A stretch of 64,000 nucleotides of DNA from Octopus bimaculoides. Its lineage: Eukaryota. The stretch spans positions 126,259,596-126,323,595 of the forward strand of contig NC_068982.1 in assembly GCF_001194135.2 (NCBI RefSeq). The letters run 5' to 3'. The notes under the pieces were generated by a model. It was not told the origin of the DNA. It did no database searches and worked only from the letters and a program-made list of their open reading frames with translations. Positions within the stretch are counted from its first letter, which is position 1. Each line of letters begins with the position of its first letter. Made by a program: the position numbers and the translations under genes. Shown piece after piece: positions 12,172 through 24,985 of this stretch.

Positions 12172-14057
12172 TTAAGCAGAAACAGTTTCAACTATTGATT
12201 CTTTTATGATTTCCCCAAAGTTTTGACCTCCAGAGTCATTATGCTGAAAACATGAAGAGTCCTTGTTGGTTTTGAAAGTAGAACAACTATTATCTTGGAA
12301 TGCACTAGAGCAACTATCCTGCTCAGAAAACAGCTGCATATCTTCTGTACTAGATGGCACCGATGTTGGGTTGCCATTGGACGATGTTAGTAAACTGGAA
12401 TCTGAGTTAGATGGATAGAAAGACATGAGAGACTGTTCAGACGAGATTCCAGGTGATGCCCCTGTATGAGATTCATCTATACTATAGCCATTGTAAGCCC
12501 CATTAGAATGGTTGTGCATGTTACGTAGTTTTGACATATTTTGCCCTTGGTGGTGGTTGAATTCAGAATGGTGGTTGTTGTAATTGTTCATATGTGAGGA
12601 GATAGCTGGACAGTTAGTGGCCAGTTGATCGGTTGTAGTGTCAGTCAATGATGCGTATATGGAAATGGGTTCATCAAAAAAAGGAGTCGGGTTTATAGAA
12701 CGTGATTGGTCATCTGACCAACTATTAGCAGACTGACTTGACGGTTGTGTTGACTGGCTGTCAAATGTGTGACTGTTTAATGGGTTCATCAGATGTGACA
12801 CAGGTTCCAGTTTGTAGACTGAAGAAGCAGATGTCGAATTATTCAACTGAATATATTTATTAGTTTCTCCATTATGAAGATTACCATTGAGTGTGAAGTG
12901 TTGTTGGTGACAATGTAGCTTGTTATTGGCGTTGATATTGTTATTAAGATGGTGTTGTTGTTGTTGTTGATGCTGAATTTGCTGCTGCTGTTGTTGGTGG
13001 CAATGGGAATTGTCATTAATCCCATTTGAGCCACTAGCACAATACTCTTGGTTAGTTTCCTCGTCGAAAGAGGACAAGCTCTGATAAGTCTTTTGATAAT
13101 CATTGCCATCAAAGTTGACACTGCTTTCACTTGAGCACTCACTGGTTTCGGAATATGAACTATCGTCTTGTTTAAAGCCATACAAAGAAGCATTTTCTGT
13201 ATTATACATCTCATCATCACTATCATTAAATAGTAGAACACGAGGAAGAGCATCAACATGGCCATTGGCTTGTAAACTCTCCAGATCTTTATACTGATGT
13301 TGATGGTTAAAATGTTGGATAGCATTCTGCTGATGGTGCTCTGCCTCCATTGATGCGTACTGGGCTTCATGCATCATCACCTGACAAACCTCTGAATTTT
13401 GGCAGTCACGACAGCTGCCTCGTTCGTTGCTATTAAATTCTGTCAAGTCAATATTGGTATTTTTGATATCACTACAATCTTCTGAGTTAGATTTATGTGT
13501 AAGGACCGGATGCAATTCTTTTTCCTTGTTTTCCAGCTCAATCCGCATTAACGTGTGAATAAAGTGAGTCTGAACCCGTATCGGGTTGAATTCAATTCGA
13601 CCGGCAATATTCCCACAGGCATCCTTACTACAGCCACAAGGGAAAGAGAGCCGGTCAACTTGACACTTGATCCCAGCTAAACTACAAGAACAGGTTTCTG
13701 GATCACAAAACACTTTACATTGACAGCCACAGATTTCACGTGATTGCCGAATTTGTCGGCATTCATCTCTTTCTTGGCTGTTAATCTTACGTACACCAGC
13801 TGCTCGAAGCATTAGCCGGCGCTGGCGGATTGGTACTGGTTGCAAGAAAAAATACTCGTCAACTTCAATGTCACTTTCAGACTCTGAAGCTGAGTCACTA
13901 TCCTCTTCAACGGATCGCAAAAAAGCAACACGACTTGGGGGAATAATTTTACCATTCTGCTGCTGTTCTTTGAGTATCAACTTGTGAATTCGTTTTTGTT
14001 CTTTGGCATAACCAGGTAGAGTAAAGTCTTCCACATAAGAATGATTGCCAGACATAC
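12172..14057 (-). CDS. CSRNP: CSRNP terminal coding exon: Cys-rich domain plus Ser/Gln/His/Asn-rich C-terminal region
   Basis: 627-aa ORF containing FFLQPVPIRQRRLMLRAAGVRKI...SREICGCQCKVFCDPETCSCSLAGIKCQVDRLSFPCGCSKDACGNIAGRIEFNPIRVQTHFIHTLMRIE, the conserved CSRNP domain. Acceptor ttgttttctaag|GT completes Gly then Met (STLG-M junction). Stop TAA at 12174-12172. Confidence 0.97.
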
Positions 14058-14420
14058 CTTAGAAAACAATAATAAAAGAAAAAAAAAAAAAAGAGAAATT
14101 AAAAATACAAATTTTATAAGGTCATTAAACAATTGTAATAGCAACAATAAATAAATTTAATCTAAAAGCATTTATCAATATTATTAATACTGGAAATTTG
14201 TTCCCCTTGAATAAGAGATTCAACCATGGAGTCTATGGGTGCCACTTTTCAGTTAGGCATCTATTCTAACTAATCCCCTTGTTGTTGAGTAAACATATAT
14301 TTCATAATGATGTAGCGATGGGCTAGTAATTTTCCAACTTTCACGGTAATATATAATTTATTTTTAAACCTAGACTCATCACAGCATTTAACCCTTTTAT
14401 TGCCATATTTCTATTGAAAT

Positions 14421-14640
14421 ACATGTGGCCTAATGGTTAGGCTGTTGCACTCATGATCATAAGATTGTGGCTTCAATTCCTGGGCAGTGTATTTGTGTTC
14501 TAGAGCAAAACACTTCATTTCACGTGGCTCCAGTCCATTCAGCTGGGAAGTTAACCCTGCAACAGACCAGCATTTCATTTAGTGGGTAGGGGTGAAATTC
14601 ATACACTCATGGGTGAAACTTATACACCATGAAAGCTGAG
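14421..14640 (+). mobile_element. tRNA SINE (body Y), diverged, in CSRNP intron
   Basis: gtggcctaatggttagg...gagcaaaacacttcatttcacgtggctccagtccattcagctg. Confidence 0.75.
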
Positions 14641-14869
14641 TTAATGCTTTAGCATTTAAACCAGACATATCCAGCCCAAATATGCCACCTGTTATATGTT
14701 TAAACTGACCAGATCTGGTCTTGCACACTTACCCTACAATGTCATTCTAAATATAGACAATAAAATCGTCATAATCTCAAAATCTGTGAGATAATACAGG
14801 ATTAATTCAAAGTAATATAAATAAATAAGCTTTACATTTGTCAGAGTAATCTGAACACTAAAGGGTTAA
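14641..14869 (-). mobile_element. piggyBac-like MITE family P2 (TTAA ends)
   Basis: ttaatgctttagcattt...aacactaaagggttaa. Same internal sequence as 29243-29428, 35569-35780, 43482-43701 and 59459-59680. Confidence 0.75.
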
Positions 14870-15549
14870 ACTCTGGCTTTTTTAGTTCTAGTGCTCATGA
14901 CAGACCTGAAAGAGGAGAATTTGAACCTGTCACTGCAAACAAAGAAAACATCCAAATATATAGTGATTCTGCTAATTACAACAGCAGTGAATTGCATCAC
15001 CATACCATGTACATTCACATCTAGTTGGATAGAATCATTTTCGCTAGAGACACAAACTAATGCTGCTAATGAGACGTGCACCAATCAGCTCTTAATCAAC
15101 CATGGTTTATTAGTTGTCTACAATTTCACTACTATGAAATTTAGAAAAATGTATGATGGAAGAGGAGGAGGAAAAATGCAAAATGTGTCTGACCACTAGG
15201 TTATAAGTTCACACCTTACTTCTGTCACTATGTTGTACCTGTGAGTGAGGCACCTATTTCAATTTGTTTTAGATCTGGATCCTTTTGCTTAAGCAACAGA
15301 GATGTTACTAATGAGGATGGTCTAGAAACAAACTGTGCTTTGAAATCAAACAGCTACAAAACCTGAAATGTGAAACCTATTTCAATTCTAGATGATATTG
15401 TTAACGAGATATATAGACTCTATTTCTTACAAAAGACAATAATACTATTTCAACTATAATGACTGTTTCCTGAAGAGTAAAACTTTTCTACCAACTTTCC
15501 TTAGCCTACAAATTAACCAATACATAGGTATATGTACCAATACTCCTTT

Positions 15550-15915
15550 ACTGGTTTTGATCATTGGACTGTGGCCATGCTGGGGTACCCCTTGAGGGTT
15601 GTAGTAAACCGAATTAATCCTATTACTTTTTAAAGTCTAGTACTAATTCTATAAGCCCCCCACCCCACCAAGCTGCAAAGATACTGGTGAGTATAAACAA
15701 ATGAAAATCATTATCAAATGGTGTCGGCGAAGACAAACACATGCACATACACAAATGATGGGCCTCTGTGTAACACCCTTTCTACCAAGTACCCTCATTG
15801 GTAGGCCCAGGGTTTTAGTAGAAGAGACATTTGCTCAGTGTGCTGTGAAATGGGACTGAACTTGAAACCACATTGTTTTGGAGCAACTTCTTGACCATAC
15901 AGCTGTACTTGCACC
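15550..15915 (-). mobile_element. Old family-A SINE
   Basis: gactgtggccatgctgggg...gggactgaacttgaaaccaca motifs, diverged. Confidence 0.7.
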
Positions 15916-16621
15916 TATACATCTGAATGTTCCAACGATTTTCAATTGGTTGCCATTTCAGTATAGGAATCTCATTTATTTCCTTATCTGATGATGATTT
16001 CTGATCTCGCTACATACATATATATATATATATAAATGAATATGAATATTACACTTTCTATCTGTTCTATCAAGTTTCCTGAAATATATTTTAACAATTT
16101 TCCTTTAATCTTTTGAAAATGAAATGCTACAATTTTTAGACAAAATTCCTAAGTATTAAAGTATATTATTAGAGATTATAATTTCAAGGCAAGCATAAGT
16201 CCAGACCAGTAATTTGAAATGGCCATCTATTTACATCGTTATTATCTTTAGTAAAGTGTTAGAGGCAAATTGAAAACAACATCTAGGCTTTGACAATGGA
16301 AATTCTAAAGTCATAATGAATTTACCCTTTCATAAATATAAGAATACTGAAAATATCACAATGTAAGACTAAAGAAAACATGACCATTTATTGGAAACAT
16401 TCTATTCCTTCAAAACAATATAAATAGTAAACTTCAGAAATAAACCTGTTAAAATGTTTGGGATGTTCTGAACAAGATTATAAAGCTGTAATTGGGAGGG
16501 AAAAAAACATAGCTAACAATTTCTCCTAACAATAACTTTTGTTTAATCTACATAACAGAACCCAATTGAAACAGATCAATAATACAGCTGAAATATTGAT
16601 TAAGAAACCAGCAAAACTAAC

Positions 16622-16735
16622 CTAATGTGGAACCACCTTCGCTAGGTACACAGGTAAAACCTTGAGTACGAGGAAAATAGAACACTGTCACTTTATCAAA
16701 ATTGACAGATTTCTTTTGACGCTTGCTTCTTGGCT
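16622..16735 (-). CDS. CSRNP: CSRNP second coding exon, 114 nt ((E)[37 protein letters not shown](G))
   Basis: Not in the ORF track. Acceptor ttcttcctttttatctttcag|AG, donor TTAG|gttagt. Encodes the CSRNP signature V-x-F-D-x-V-T-V-x-Y-F-x-R-x-Q-G-F-T-x-V-P-S-x-G-G-S-T-L-G. Phase 1 at both ends. Confidence 0.95.
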
Positions 16736-16810
16736 CTGAAAGATAAAAAGGAAGAAATTACTCAGTAAAAATTAAAATGTGATGAAAGATAGGTGATGTA
16801 ATAAAGGTTT

Positions 16811-17195
16811 TCTTTTATCTTTTTTTACTTGTTTCAGTCATTTGACTGTGGCCATGCTGGAGCACTGCTTTTAGTTGAACAAACAAACCCCAGGACTTAT
16901 TCTTTGTAAGCCTAGTACTTATTCTATCAGCTTCTTTTTGCCAAACCACTAAATTATGGGGACATAAACACACCAACTTCGGTTGTCAAACAATGGTGGT
17001 GGGGACTAACAGACACACAAACATATACACACACACACAATGGATTTCTTTCAGTTTCTGTCTACCAAATTCACTCACAAGGCTTTGATTGGCCCAAGGT
17101 TATAGTAAAAGACACTTGCTCAAGGTGCCACGCAGTAGGACTGAACCCAGAACCATGTGGTTGGTAAGCAAGCTACTTACCACACAGCCACTCCT
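16811..17195 (-). mobile_element. Family-A composite SINE (tRNA head + CORE-like domain + internal microsatellite + 3' module), OR2-like
   Basis: Full head ggagtggctgtgtggtaagtagcttgc...gcaccttgagcaagtgtctt and tail tgactgaaacaagtaaaa. Lies 75 bp from the exon-2 acceptor. Confidence 0.9.
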
Positions 17196-17872
17196 ATATA
17201 TTAAAAAAAAAATGATACAACGAGCCATCTATATTATTAAGTGGTAAGCATAATTAGTAGCAATGGTTCTCTGAAATAACTGGGTTTCATGTGTATATAA
17301 ATGGATTGGCTACCTTTAAGGTTGGCAATGCCATGCAGACACTTCAGATAAAGCTCCAATAAGGGTTGAAAATTGATTAAATCTGCTCATCACTTTTTTC
17401 AATTTATAAACAATTAGGTAAATCTGAAAGTTTGCATGCCTGCTACATACCAATACATACACACAAAGTATAATGAACTATTTATAACCATCTGTGCTTT
17501 TCTGGGCAAAGAGCAAATAAAATTTGTTGGCTTTGGCAAATGTAGGTTGTTTAGCTATAGTCGCGGAAAATTTGTGAATTATTTGGCCTACAAAAAAAAC
17601 AGGTGTACTATTGCAAAAGTATTTCTCATAAAAACATAATGTCTTTAAAAGGGGGCAATTGTATTTTGAATTGAAATAATAAATGAAAAGAAAATTTATT
17701 CTGAAAATAAAATATTTTGCATAATATTCAAACTGACTACTGCCATAAAATTTGGAATGTTCTTTTGGAAAAGCACCTCGATGATGCACTAATATTTTTG
17801 TAATGCATCAACCAACAATTTATCGAAATACGAGGGGTGTGTGTGATTTCAGAAAATTTATTCAACAAGATT

Positions 17873-17905
<33 letters not shown>

Positions 17906-18793
17906 CTGTCTAAAATTGAGTACCTCAAATGGTACTCAATTATATAGAGAAAGTGAATTTGAAATGAAAGTTATATTGTCTGTGGTGATAAAATTACTAC
18001 CAAACTAGAAATATAGAAGAATTTATTACAATTTATTATTTGAAAAATACTTAAGTTAAGAAAATGATCAACGCACACACACACACACGCATTTTCTCTG
18101 TTAAAAATACTTTTCCCATTAAAACTAAGCAGGATTACTTATTTATATATTCAAGTTTAGGTCACAGTAAAGTTTAATGTCTATATAAATGGTGATTAGT
18201 AAAGCAGCGTTGATCTCAGAATTGTAAACCAAAAACAATTTGGACAATTCACGCTGATGAAGCGAAAAGACTATTGGACTAAAAATTTAATCACAAGCCA
18301 TATTATTGGTTGTTTTCAGAAACAGCCAACATACAAGTCATTTTCATTTGCTCATTTCTCTCAACATTATTATATTCCACAGAATATAATAAAAGAAAAA
18401 TTAATTTTTAAATGAGAATTTTTTTTCCTTTTTTTTTTTCAATACTGAAATGTTAGTTAGAAGCATAAATTACCACAAATAAGTTAAAAGAAATGAAAAC
18501 AAATTAAAATTTGGAGAATAAAACTATTAGAATGAAATGTGGAATGGAGGAAGTAAGGTTTATTTATGACATCAAGGATTGCAAGCAATACAGAAACTTG
18601 AATGAATTTAAAACAATGTGCAAGTGTTAATTAAAAAAAGATTGGATGAAAGTATTCACAAATATGAAGTTTGGTATTGCCAAGAACGTATCTAAAATTA
18701 TGACAAAATGTAGAACAGAGTAAAAAGGAGGCAGGTAGGATGTCTTTTGTTTGTTAAGCAAATCCACCCAATCACAATCTGCAATAATGAAAC

Positions 18794-18831
<38 letters not shown>

Positions 18832-19599
18832 TAAAGACTCGTTTTAATTACTTTTTTTTAATACATATATTAGCTGAAACATGTTAGAGATTTGAAAATA
18901 TTAATTTCTCAACTAATTAAAACCAGAATATCAACTCTACCCTTTCAAGGCGTTCCATTTGAGGATAGAAAGATCAGAGGAAGGTACAGGGTATCCAACC
19001 TAAATCAGTTCAATATTTATTAATTTTTTTTTCAATTTGAAAGAAAATGAGGTCTAAACTGTAAGGAGTTCAGATAATCCAGTGTATTTGAATTACTATC
19101 AACAGACAGTGCTCAAAGCAAATAAACTCTTCCTTAATAAAAATAATAAATATAGTACAAAAATAACACACTAATACTTGGCTAAGAGAAATTCTACACT
19201 CTAATTTCAGAGGGTTTGGAAAATGGTCCTTATTGTTTCTCCAAATGTAAAGATTTCAAGTAATAAAGAAAAGAATAGCATTATCAGCATCAGAGAAGTG
19301 GTTTTAACCAGGCCTCATGTGTCAATATAAAATTTAATATGAATACTCATTAATGTGAAAATTAATTTCCATTATAAAACTGTCACAATAAAATGACCAC
19401 TCCCTTTTACCACTGAACAATGAAAGAAGGAGTTGAAATTTTTTCTTTCAATTTTACTATGCAAACAAATAAATATAAATATATATAAATAAAGAATAAA
19501 ATGAATAAATTATTCTAACCAGCAGTAGGAAGATGATAAAATGGCTGAGAATAGTCCATAAGGGAGGCAACCAACCATAAGTGGGAGGAGGGGGATGAT

Positions 19600-20330
19600 G
19601 TAGTTAGCTCCCTTAGTTAAATCCTTGCATACAACAGCTAATTAAACGAAAATGTTAATACAATTATGGCAATACACGTGGGCATATGTAATATTTATGT
19701 TTACAAGCCTTAATAAAAGATCGCTGTTTGTATATTTGAACTATGTTACGTAATAACAATACTGTTTGGAATACGTACGACTGAATGAACAAAACAAATA
19801 ATAATAATACATTAGTTAAAAAAAAAAAATAACAGCTAGCAAGCGAAGGTTCGAAACAAAGTACAAAAGCATTTATCATTAGAAGAATCAAAGTGATTTA
19901 ATTTCTGGTACTGGTCATTCGTCTCCAGAATTCTTTAATACGATCATCTAGAAATGACAGAGATTAAAAGGTTGTAAGAAAATGTTTACACAAGAAAACA
20001 CTTTTTTCGTATTTAAAAACTGTTTTACGCATCGACTTATTCTCAACCACCACCGATATCAAACCTCTAAATGGTCGCTCAAAACGCTAGAAATAACAGC
20101 CATATTCTTAAACATTATCGCCCTACAGAAGGATATTTTGAATAATGATGTCCACCTCGGGTTTCCTGAATATGGGAGTGGGGGCGAGACATGACAGTAA
20201 GAGCTTCAGGGCTGAGCCGACCTGAGATTAAATAATAACAATCACCAATGCCAAATTCAGTATGGGCCGAAGTTAAACCTCCCACTCACTGAAAAAAATC
20301 TCCGTCAATTTACGATATTTACGATGAACA
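19600..20330. promoter_or_regulatory. CpG-enriched, repeat-free island in CSRNP intron; candidate internal promoter/enhancer
   Basis: More than 20 CpGs in about 700 bp against a CpG-poor background. GC box-like ggggcgag (20181), CCAAT (20245) and Inr-like TCAGTC on the minus strand (19779-19784). Confidence 0.4.
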
Positions 20331-20879
20331 TTGCATCACTACAATTATGTTTCTAACTGTATTTCCAAATAATTTAGGAGTTTCTTAAAAGATCTATGCA
20401 CTCCCATCCATACCCATACCTTTGTGTACGTGCACATGCATAGATTTTATGTGCGTGTGTATACACACAAATGTAAGTCCACACACGCACACACATACAT
20501 TACGTCGGAAAATATTTTCTTTTTTATCTTCATGGGCTTTGCTAATTGCTGTATGTTGGTGCCTATACAGAAATTGTAAGCAGAATAACAGTGCAAGAAA
20601 GTTCTAGTTCTGCTGAGAAAAACTCAAAAACAGTGTTCAGTGAAGGATTCGTAAAGAGAAGCATACAAGCTGGTGTAATAGAATGATGCTAGCGCTCATG
20701 GAGGGTGGGGTAGTACGAGGAGCAGAAGGTATAGGATGTTTATGAACAAGTCTTTGCTAATCAGGATTCTGCTCACATATAACATTGCAAAAACGACAAA
20801 CATAAAATCGGGTTCCTCTTTCAGACTGAGAGAGGCTACAACCCTAGTCAGTTGATGACAATCATCACCATTAACTAAC

Positions 20880-21200
20880 CATAAAGCACAAATGCTGTAG
20901 ACCACATCCCAAAGAAGGCCATATGCTTAATTAGCTTTAACCAGGCATATAGATGTGCTGTTTCCTCTTTTCTTCCTTCTCTCACTCATAGATATACCTC
21001 TGACCTAGCTAACTGCATTCACCCTCAACCCAAGACTACATGTTCTCCCACCACTTTTGCAGTATTCCACTCCCAGTACCTGCATCAAATATTTTGACCG
21101 TTTCTTCTTTCTAGATCAGTAACCCTCCACCAACATTTTTCTCCGGGAATCCACCAACAAATGCTCAAAATTGAACCCCAACTGCACCAATCTGAGAGGT
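20880..21200 (+). mobile_element. CR1/L2-group LINE C-terminal remnant
   Basis: QKKAICLISF..., SDLANCIHP... and a degenerate SFFPRT-LWN-LP-type tail. Confidence 0.4.
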
Positions 21201-21927
21201 CTGCAATGATGCTGGGTACAAACTTTTCTCCTCTTCCTCTAATTGACTTTCATAAAAACTAGCTAAAAAGAGACAGGAGGTGGTTGTTTATGACACATCC
21301 ATCACCTTTGACATATTGGAAGAGAAGGCAATATGTTGTTAGCTGGCAAGATCAAAGAGGCTGCCTTTTTAGGAATGATGTACAAAGACATTAGAATAGA
21401 CCCCGCCCCCATACACAGACAAAGAGCTGAGGAGTTTGGTAGGAATAAGAGAAGCTAAATGAGGAGCACACAATCTGATAGTGTAGAAAAAATTGTGGCA
21501 AACAAGAGAAGTGGTTTGGCAGAACTTCAAGAATGCCAGGCCTTACAGTGTTTGTTGAGGAACCCATCTTCCTTCCTGCTGAGGCCCTGTGAAATGTCGT
21601 GAGCACTACCCTCCCACCTGACTATAAGATTTATGAAAAAAAAAAAAAAATTAAAACTAGAAGATAACTGACAGAGTGAGTCATACTATTGAGTAAGACT
21701 GAGTAGTTTCTACATTACAGGAGTAGAGCAGGCATTACATAAACATGATAATAATAAATCAATTTACACTGTATAACTACTATCCTGGTTAATAATCTAA
21801 GTCAGAGAAATTAGGTTGCGCAAAAGTACTAAAAGTAAATTATCATATGTCTAGAAAATGACAGCGAGTTAGTAAAAACATTGAGTTTTGTTTGGGTGTT
21901 TTCTCGGTGAGATGGGATATCTGTTAT

Positions 21928-22325
21928 ACTCTTTTACTCGTTTCACTCATTTGACTGTGGCCATGCTGGAGCACTGCCTTTAGTCGAGCAAATCGACCCC
22001 AGGACTTATTCTTTGTAAGCCTAGAACTTATTCTATTGACTTCTTTTGCTGAACTGCTAAGTTGGGGGGACAAACACAGACACACAAACATATACACACA
22101 AACTTATACACACACACACACACACACANNNNNNNNNNATATATACACACACACACACACATATATACAATGGGCTTCTTTCAGTTTCCGTCTACCAAAT
22201 CCACTCACAAGGCTTTGGTCGGCCCGAGGCTATAGTAGAAGACACTTGCCTAAGGTGCCACGCAGTGGGACTGAACCCAGAACCATGTGGTTCGTAAGCA
22301 AGCTACTTACCACACAACCACTCCT
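21928..22325 (-). mobile_element. Family-A SINE; 10-N gap inside its internal (CA/TA)n
   Basis: Near-complete head and tail. Confidence 0.9.
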
Positions 22326-23129
22326 ATAGTTCCTTTTAAAGGAATTGACAGTAAAACTGTAATTCTCATATTTTATGTTAAACTTTACTACTAAGAAAAG
22401 TAAATTTCAACAGTTAATTTTTGAAATAATGATAGCATTGCTATAATCTTAGGTTTGATCAAAGCTTATAAATTTCCTTGTTTTTCGAATAGTTTTAGAT
22501 ATGTATGAATAATGCATGGGCAAATTGACAATCAGGTAAAATCTTAATGGTGTGAAATAAAATAATAGTTTAATGATACCTAAAAACATACATAAAAGAG
22601 TAAGCAGATAGTTTAATTTTGCAATATAGAAAGTAATAAAAACAGATCAATTAAAAACAAGGATGCATTTGTAATCAAATTATCACAACAAGACTGAAAA
22701 TATGAAACAAATTCAATAAGGAAAAGTTTTCAAATTGCGTAAACTGCAAATGAACAGAGAGAAGAAAGGAAAAAAGTTTACAGAAGTTAATATTTTGTGA
22801 AAAGTTGTGTAAAAGGAACAGCACAGATATAGGATTTAATTAGGTTTAGGACTAAATCAGGTAGAAGGAAAAGATTTAAAAATAAACAGAAAGTAAAATA
22901 AAAACTGTTCTTCACAAAAACAAAACTCTAAAGAATCATTAACTCATTAAAAAACTGGAATCAAAAGGAAGACAGACCAAAGCCAACTCAGTTGAATCAA
23001 TGCATATGCTGTGTATGCCAAGTATTTCTATTTTCATCATTCGGTTACCCTTTATCATAGACAGTCCAGTTGAATGAAATTGGGGGGTGGGGGGTTTGCT
23101 GGTCCAGAGCCTGAAGAAGTGCATTTGCC

Positions 23130-23480
23130 TCCACAGAGTGAGCTGATCTTTGGACTGGAAGTTAATTATAGTTCTATGACTACTAAGTTAAATTATCTTG
23201 CAACACCATCTTGAATAAGATGGGCTGAACATTGAGGTGCCATAGCCACAATATAATGATGACAGGGTATATATTGCCAACTCTCAGATACCTTGTTGAT
23301 GATGCAGCTATCATAATTGTGAAAAAAAGAAAAAGTATTTTTTATACAATAAACAAAGAGAAAGAGAAGACAGCAGATGCTCTTTCAAGTGTGTATAGTG
23401 AACTGATGGATAACCAGCAGTTAAGCAATTAATTTGATTGTTATATTCAGATCATATTTGAAGATATTAAGTAGCCTACA
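23130..23480 (+). mobile_element. RTE-like RT C-terminal remnant
   Basis: FGLEVN..., YLVDDAA... and KTADALSSVYSELMDNQQLS resemble RTE thumb-region motifs. Confidence 0.4.
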
Positions 23481-24184
23481 CTTTCAGTATACAAGGCAAC
23501 ATCCTCTTACACTGGTCCCACAATGAAAACCCATTATCTGCATGCAACTTCTGTAGTGAATTGGTGAGCAAACAGGAAAAGTAGGCTTCAGAGACCCTTT
23601 AGCTGTGTCTCATTAAGGACTTGTCTACCTCTCTGGTGCTGATACCCCAAGAAAATACATCCAGTAGAGTCAATGATTTAAAGGTCATCCAGCCATGGAA
23701 ACCAAGTTAAAATGACATACACTTGCAGCAGTCTATAGGAGTAGTGGCTCCCAAAAAGAAACGACTCCAACCATGATGACCACATCTAATGCATGCAAGC
23801 ATAGGAAACGAGTGTAAAATGAAGAGATCAAATCTTGCCATAACAAAGATTTAGTCTTTCGAAGTACAAAGGCTCTTTATTTTTAGTAAAGTGTAAGCTG
23901 CACAGATCAAGCCTTTCCTTAAGCCATTAATAACCTAACTGAAGTGAACTGACACAATGAAGAACTGAAGTTGTGTCACAGACTTATGTACCCAGAAATT
24001 CACCCAAATGTTTCACAAATCTACCAAATAATACCATGTCTGATGGATGGGTATATAAAATAAAATACCTTGTGCTATTTAGTTAAGTCCCTTTACATTC
24101 AAATCTTAAAATCCTGCCCATCATAATAAAATAGGTATCAATCAAGTACTGTACAAGAATTGATTCGAATTGACTATATTTTCC

Positions 24185-24420
24185 CCAATAGAAAGCGTCA
24201 TCGGGGGTGGTGAACTGGCAGAAGCAGTTGAGCATCAAGCAAAATGCTTTGAAAATTTATTCTGATACTTCACTTTCTCGAATTCAAATCCTGTTAACAT
24301 AAACTTCCTTCTTTTCATTGATGAAAGAAGCACCAGCTTATGTAGTGGGGTTGATATAATTTACTCTTCACACAAAAATTTCTGACAGCTTTGTGCTTTT
24401 GTTGGAAAGCATTATTATTA
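24185..24420 (+). mobile_element. Family-D SINE, diverged
   Basis: ggtggtgaactggcagaagcagttgagc...gaattcaaatcctg...ttggaaagcattattatt. Confidence 0.65.
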
Positions 24421-24455
24421 TTACCATTGTCAAGTGTTCATATTTGCTTGAAATA

Positions 24456-24600
24456 CATCATCATCATCATCGTTTAATGTCCGCTTTCCATATTGGCATG
24501 GGTTGGACGGTTTGACAGAGGACTGGCGAGCCAGAAGGCTGCACCAGGCTCCAATCTGATCTGGCAAAGTTTCTACAGCTGGATTCCCTTCCTACATACC
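24456..24600 (-). mobile_element. RTE 3'-end fragment (family C) with (CAT)n tail
   Basis: catcatcatcgtttaatgtccgctttccat...ggttggacggtttgac. Confidence 0.8.
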
Positions 24601-24938
24601 TAGTAATAATTATCCAGGTACTTCTACAACTGATGTAAGATAACAGAGTAGAAAAAAAGTTATACATACATATACAAAAGCATGCATACATACATATGTG
24701 TATGTATCAAGTTTACTTAGATTTGCAAAATTTTGACCCTCCACTTATTTCTATCATCCATCATGGCACATTCTCCTCAGTGGCATCCTGTGTCGCCTTT
24801 TAGTTGTTGTGTCTTCTGTGTGGCCAACCCAACTGTGAGCATTTCCAGGTGTTCAAAGTAGGACGTCATCATTAATTAGCTCCTTTTTTTACTTTTTCAG
24901 CTATGTTTATACATACTTACATATTAGTATGTGCACGT

Positions 24939-24985
<47 letters not shown>

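Noticed and set aside
12843-13370. 175-aa alternative-frame ORF overlapping the CSRNP last exon
   Set aside because: Internal to the mRNA, no recognisable motif, and explained by the codon bias of the Q/N/H-rich main frame.
22036-22329. Recurrent peptide RASFSFRLPNPLTRLWSARGYSRRHLPKVPRSGTEPGTMWLVSKLLTTQPL (also 37544, 51187, 53581, 58941)
   Set aside because: Antisense reading of the family-A SINE head, not a gene family.
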